7,750 nt of DNA from Amoeboradix gromovi X-113 (lineage: Eukaryota; Fungi; Sanchytriomycota), in contig JADGIF010000492.1 of assembly GCA_018985225.1 (NCBI GenBank), positions 1-7,750 of the forward strand. The letters are read 5' to 3'. The stretch's first letter is position 1; every line of letters begins with the position of its first letter. Made by a program: the position numbers and the translations under genes. The notes under the pieces were generated by a model that was not told where the DNA came from, searched no databases, and saw nothing but the letters and a program-made list of their open reading frames with translations. Positions 7,630-7,750 of the stretch are shown piece after piece.

Positions 7630-7750
7630 TTGGGACACCAAATATAAAAACTAGACTAACTCGTTTTTAAAGGAGGTGCTCCATACGGAGGAAATCATTA
7701 ATAAAAGATCTTCTTCTATTATACCAATTTTCTTTCATTGATTGTATTCC
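7630..7750 (-). repeat. Second copy (B) of the element 3' end / candidate omegaRNA scaffold; runs off the window
   Basis: Direct repeat of 1929-2053 (about 20 substitutions and 6 gap positions over ~126 columns). Flanks differ beyond the TTGGGACACC boundary. Confidence 0.85.

Noticed and set aside
1-7750. CRISPR array, tRNA or rRNA
   Set aside because: No regularly spaced repeats or recognisable tRNA/rRNA motifs were seen.

Overview
AT-rich, very compact eukaryotic (probably fungal or protist) DNA. It carries three host genes, all on the minus strand: a Ca2+-regulated ATP-Mg/Pi mitochondrial carrier (SAL1/SCaMC type), a ~785-aa multipass membrane protein with TRP/Flc/Pkd2-like motifs, and a coiled-coil protein with a C-terminal ubiquitin-like domain. 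Two of these genes are completed only by splicing 19-nt GT-AG introns that share a fixed-position branch motif. The long intergenic gaps contain decayed RNA-guided (OMEGA/Fanzor) elements, also on the minus strand, that the ORF track misses. (i) 1-472: an IS607-like deletion derivative in which the TnpA serine-recombinase HTH runs in frame into the Fanzor2/TnpB RuvC-II, zinc finger and RuvC-III. (ii) 2087-3271: a decayed Fanzor1-like gene. Its 3' noncoding end (1929-2053) recurs at 7630-7750 with a compensatory base-pair change, making it a candidate omegaRNA. (iii) 7181-7317: an unrelated Fanzor1-like C-terminal stub followed by a GC-rich multi-hairpin segment (7043-7200). All calls come from manual translation and motif recognition; no searches were run.
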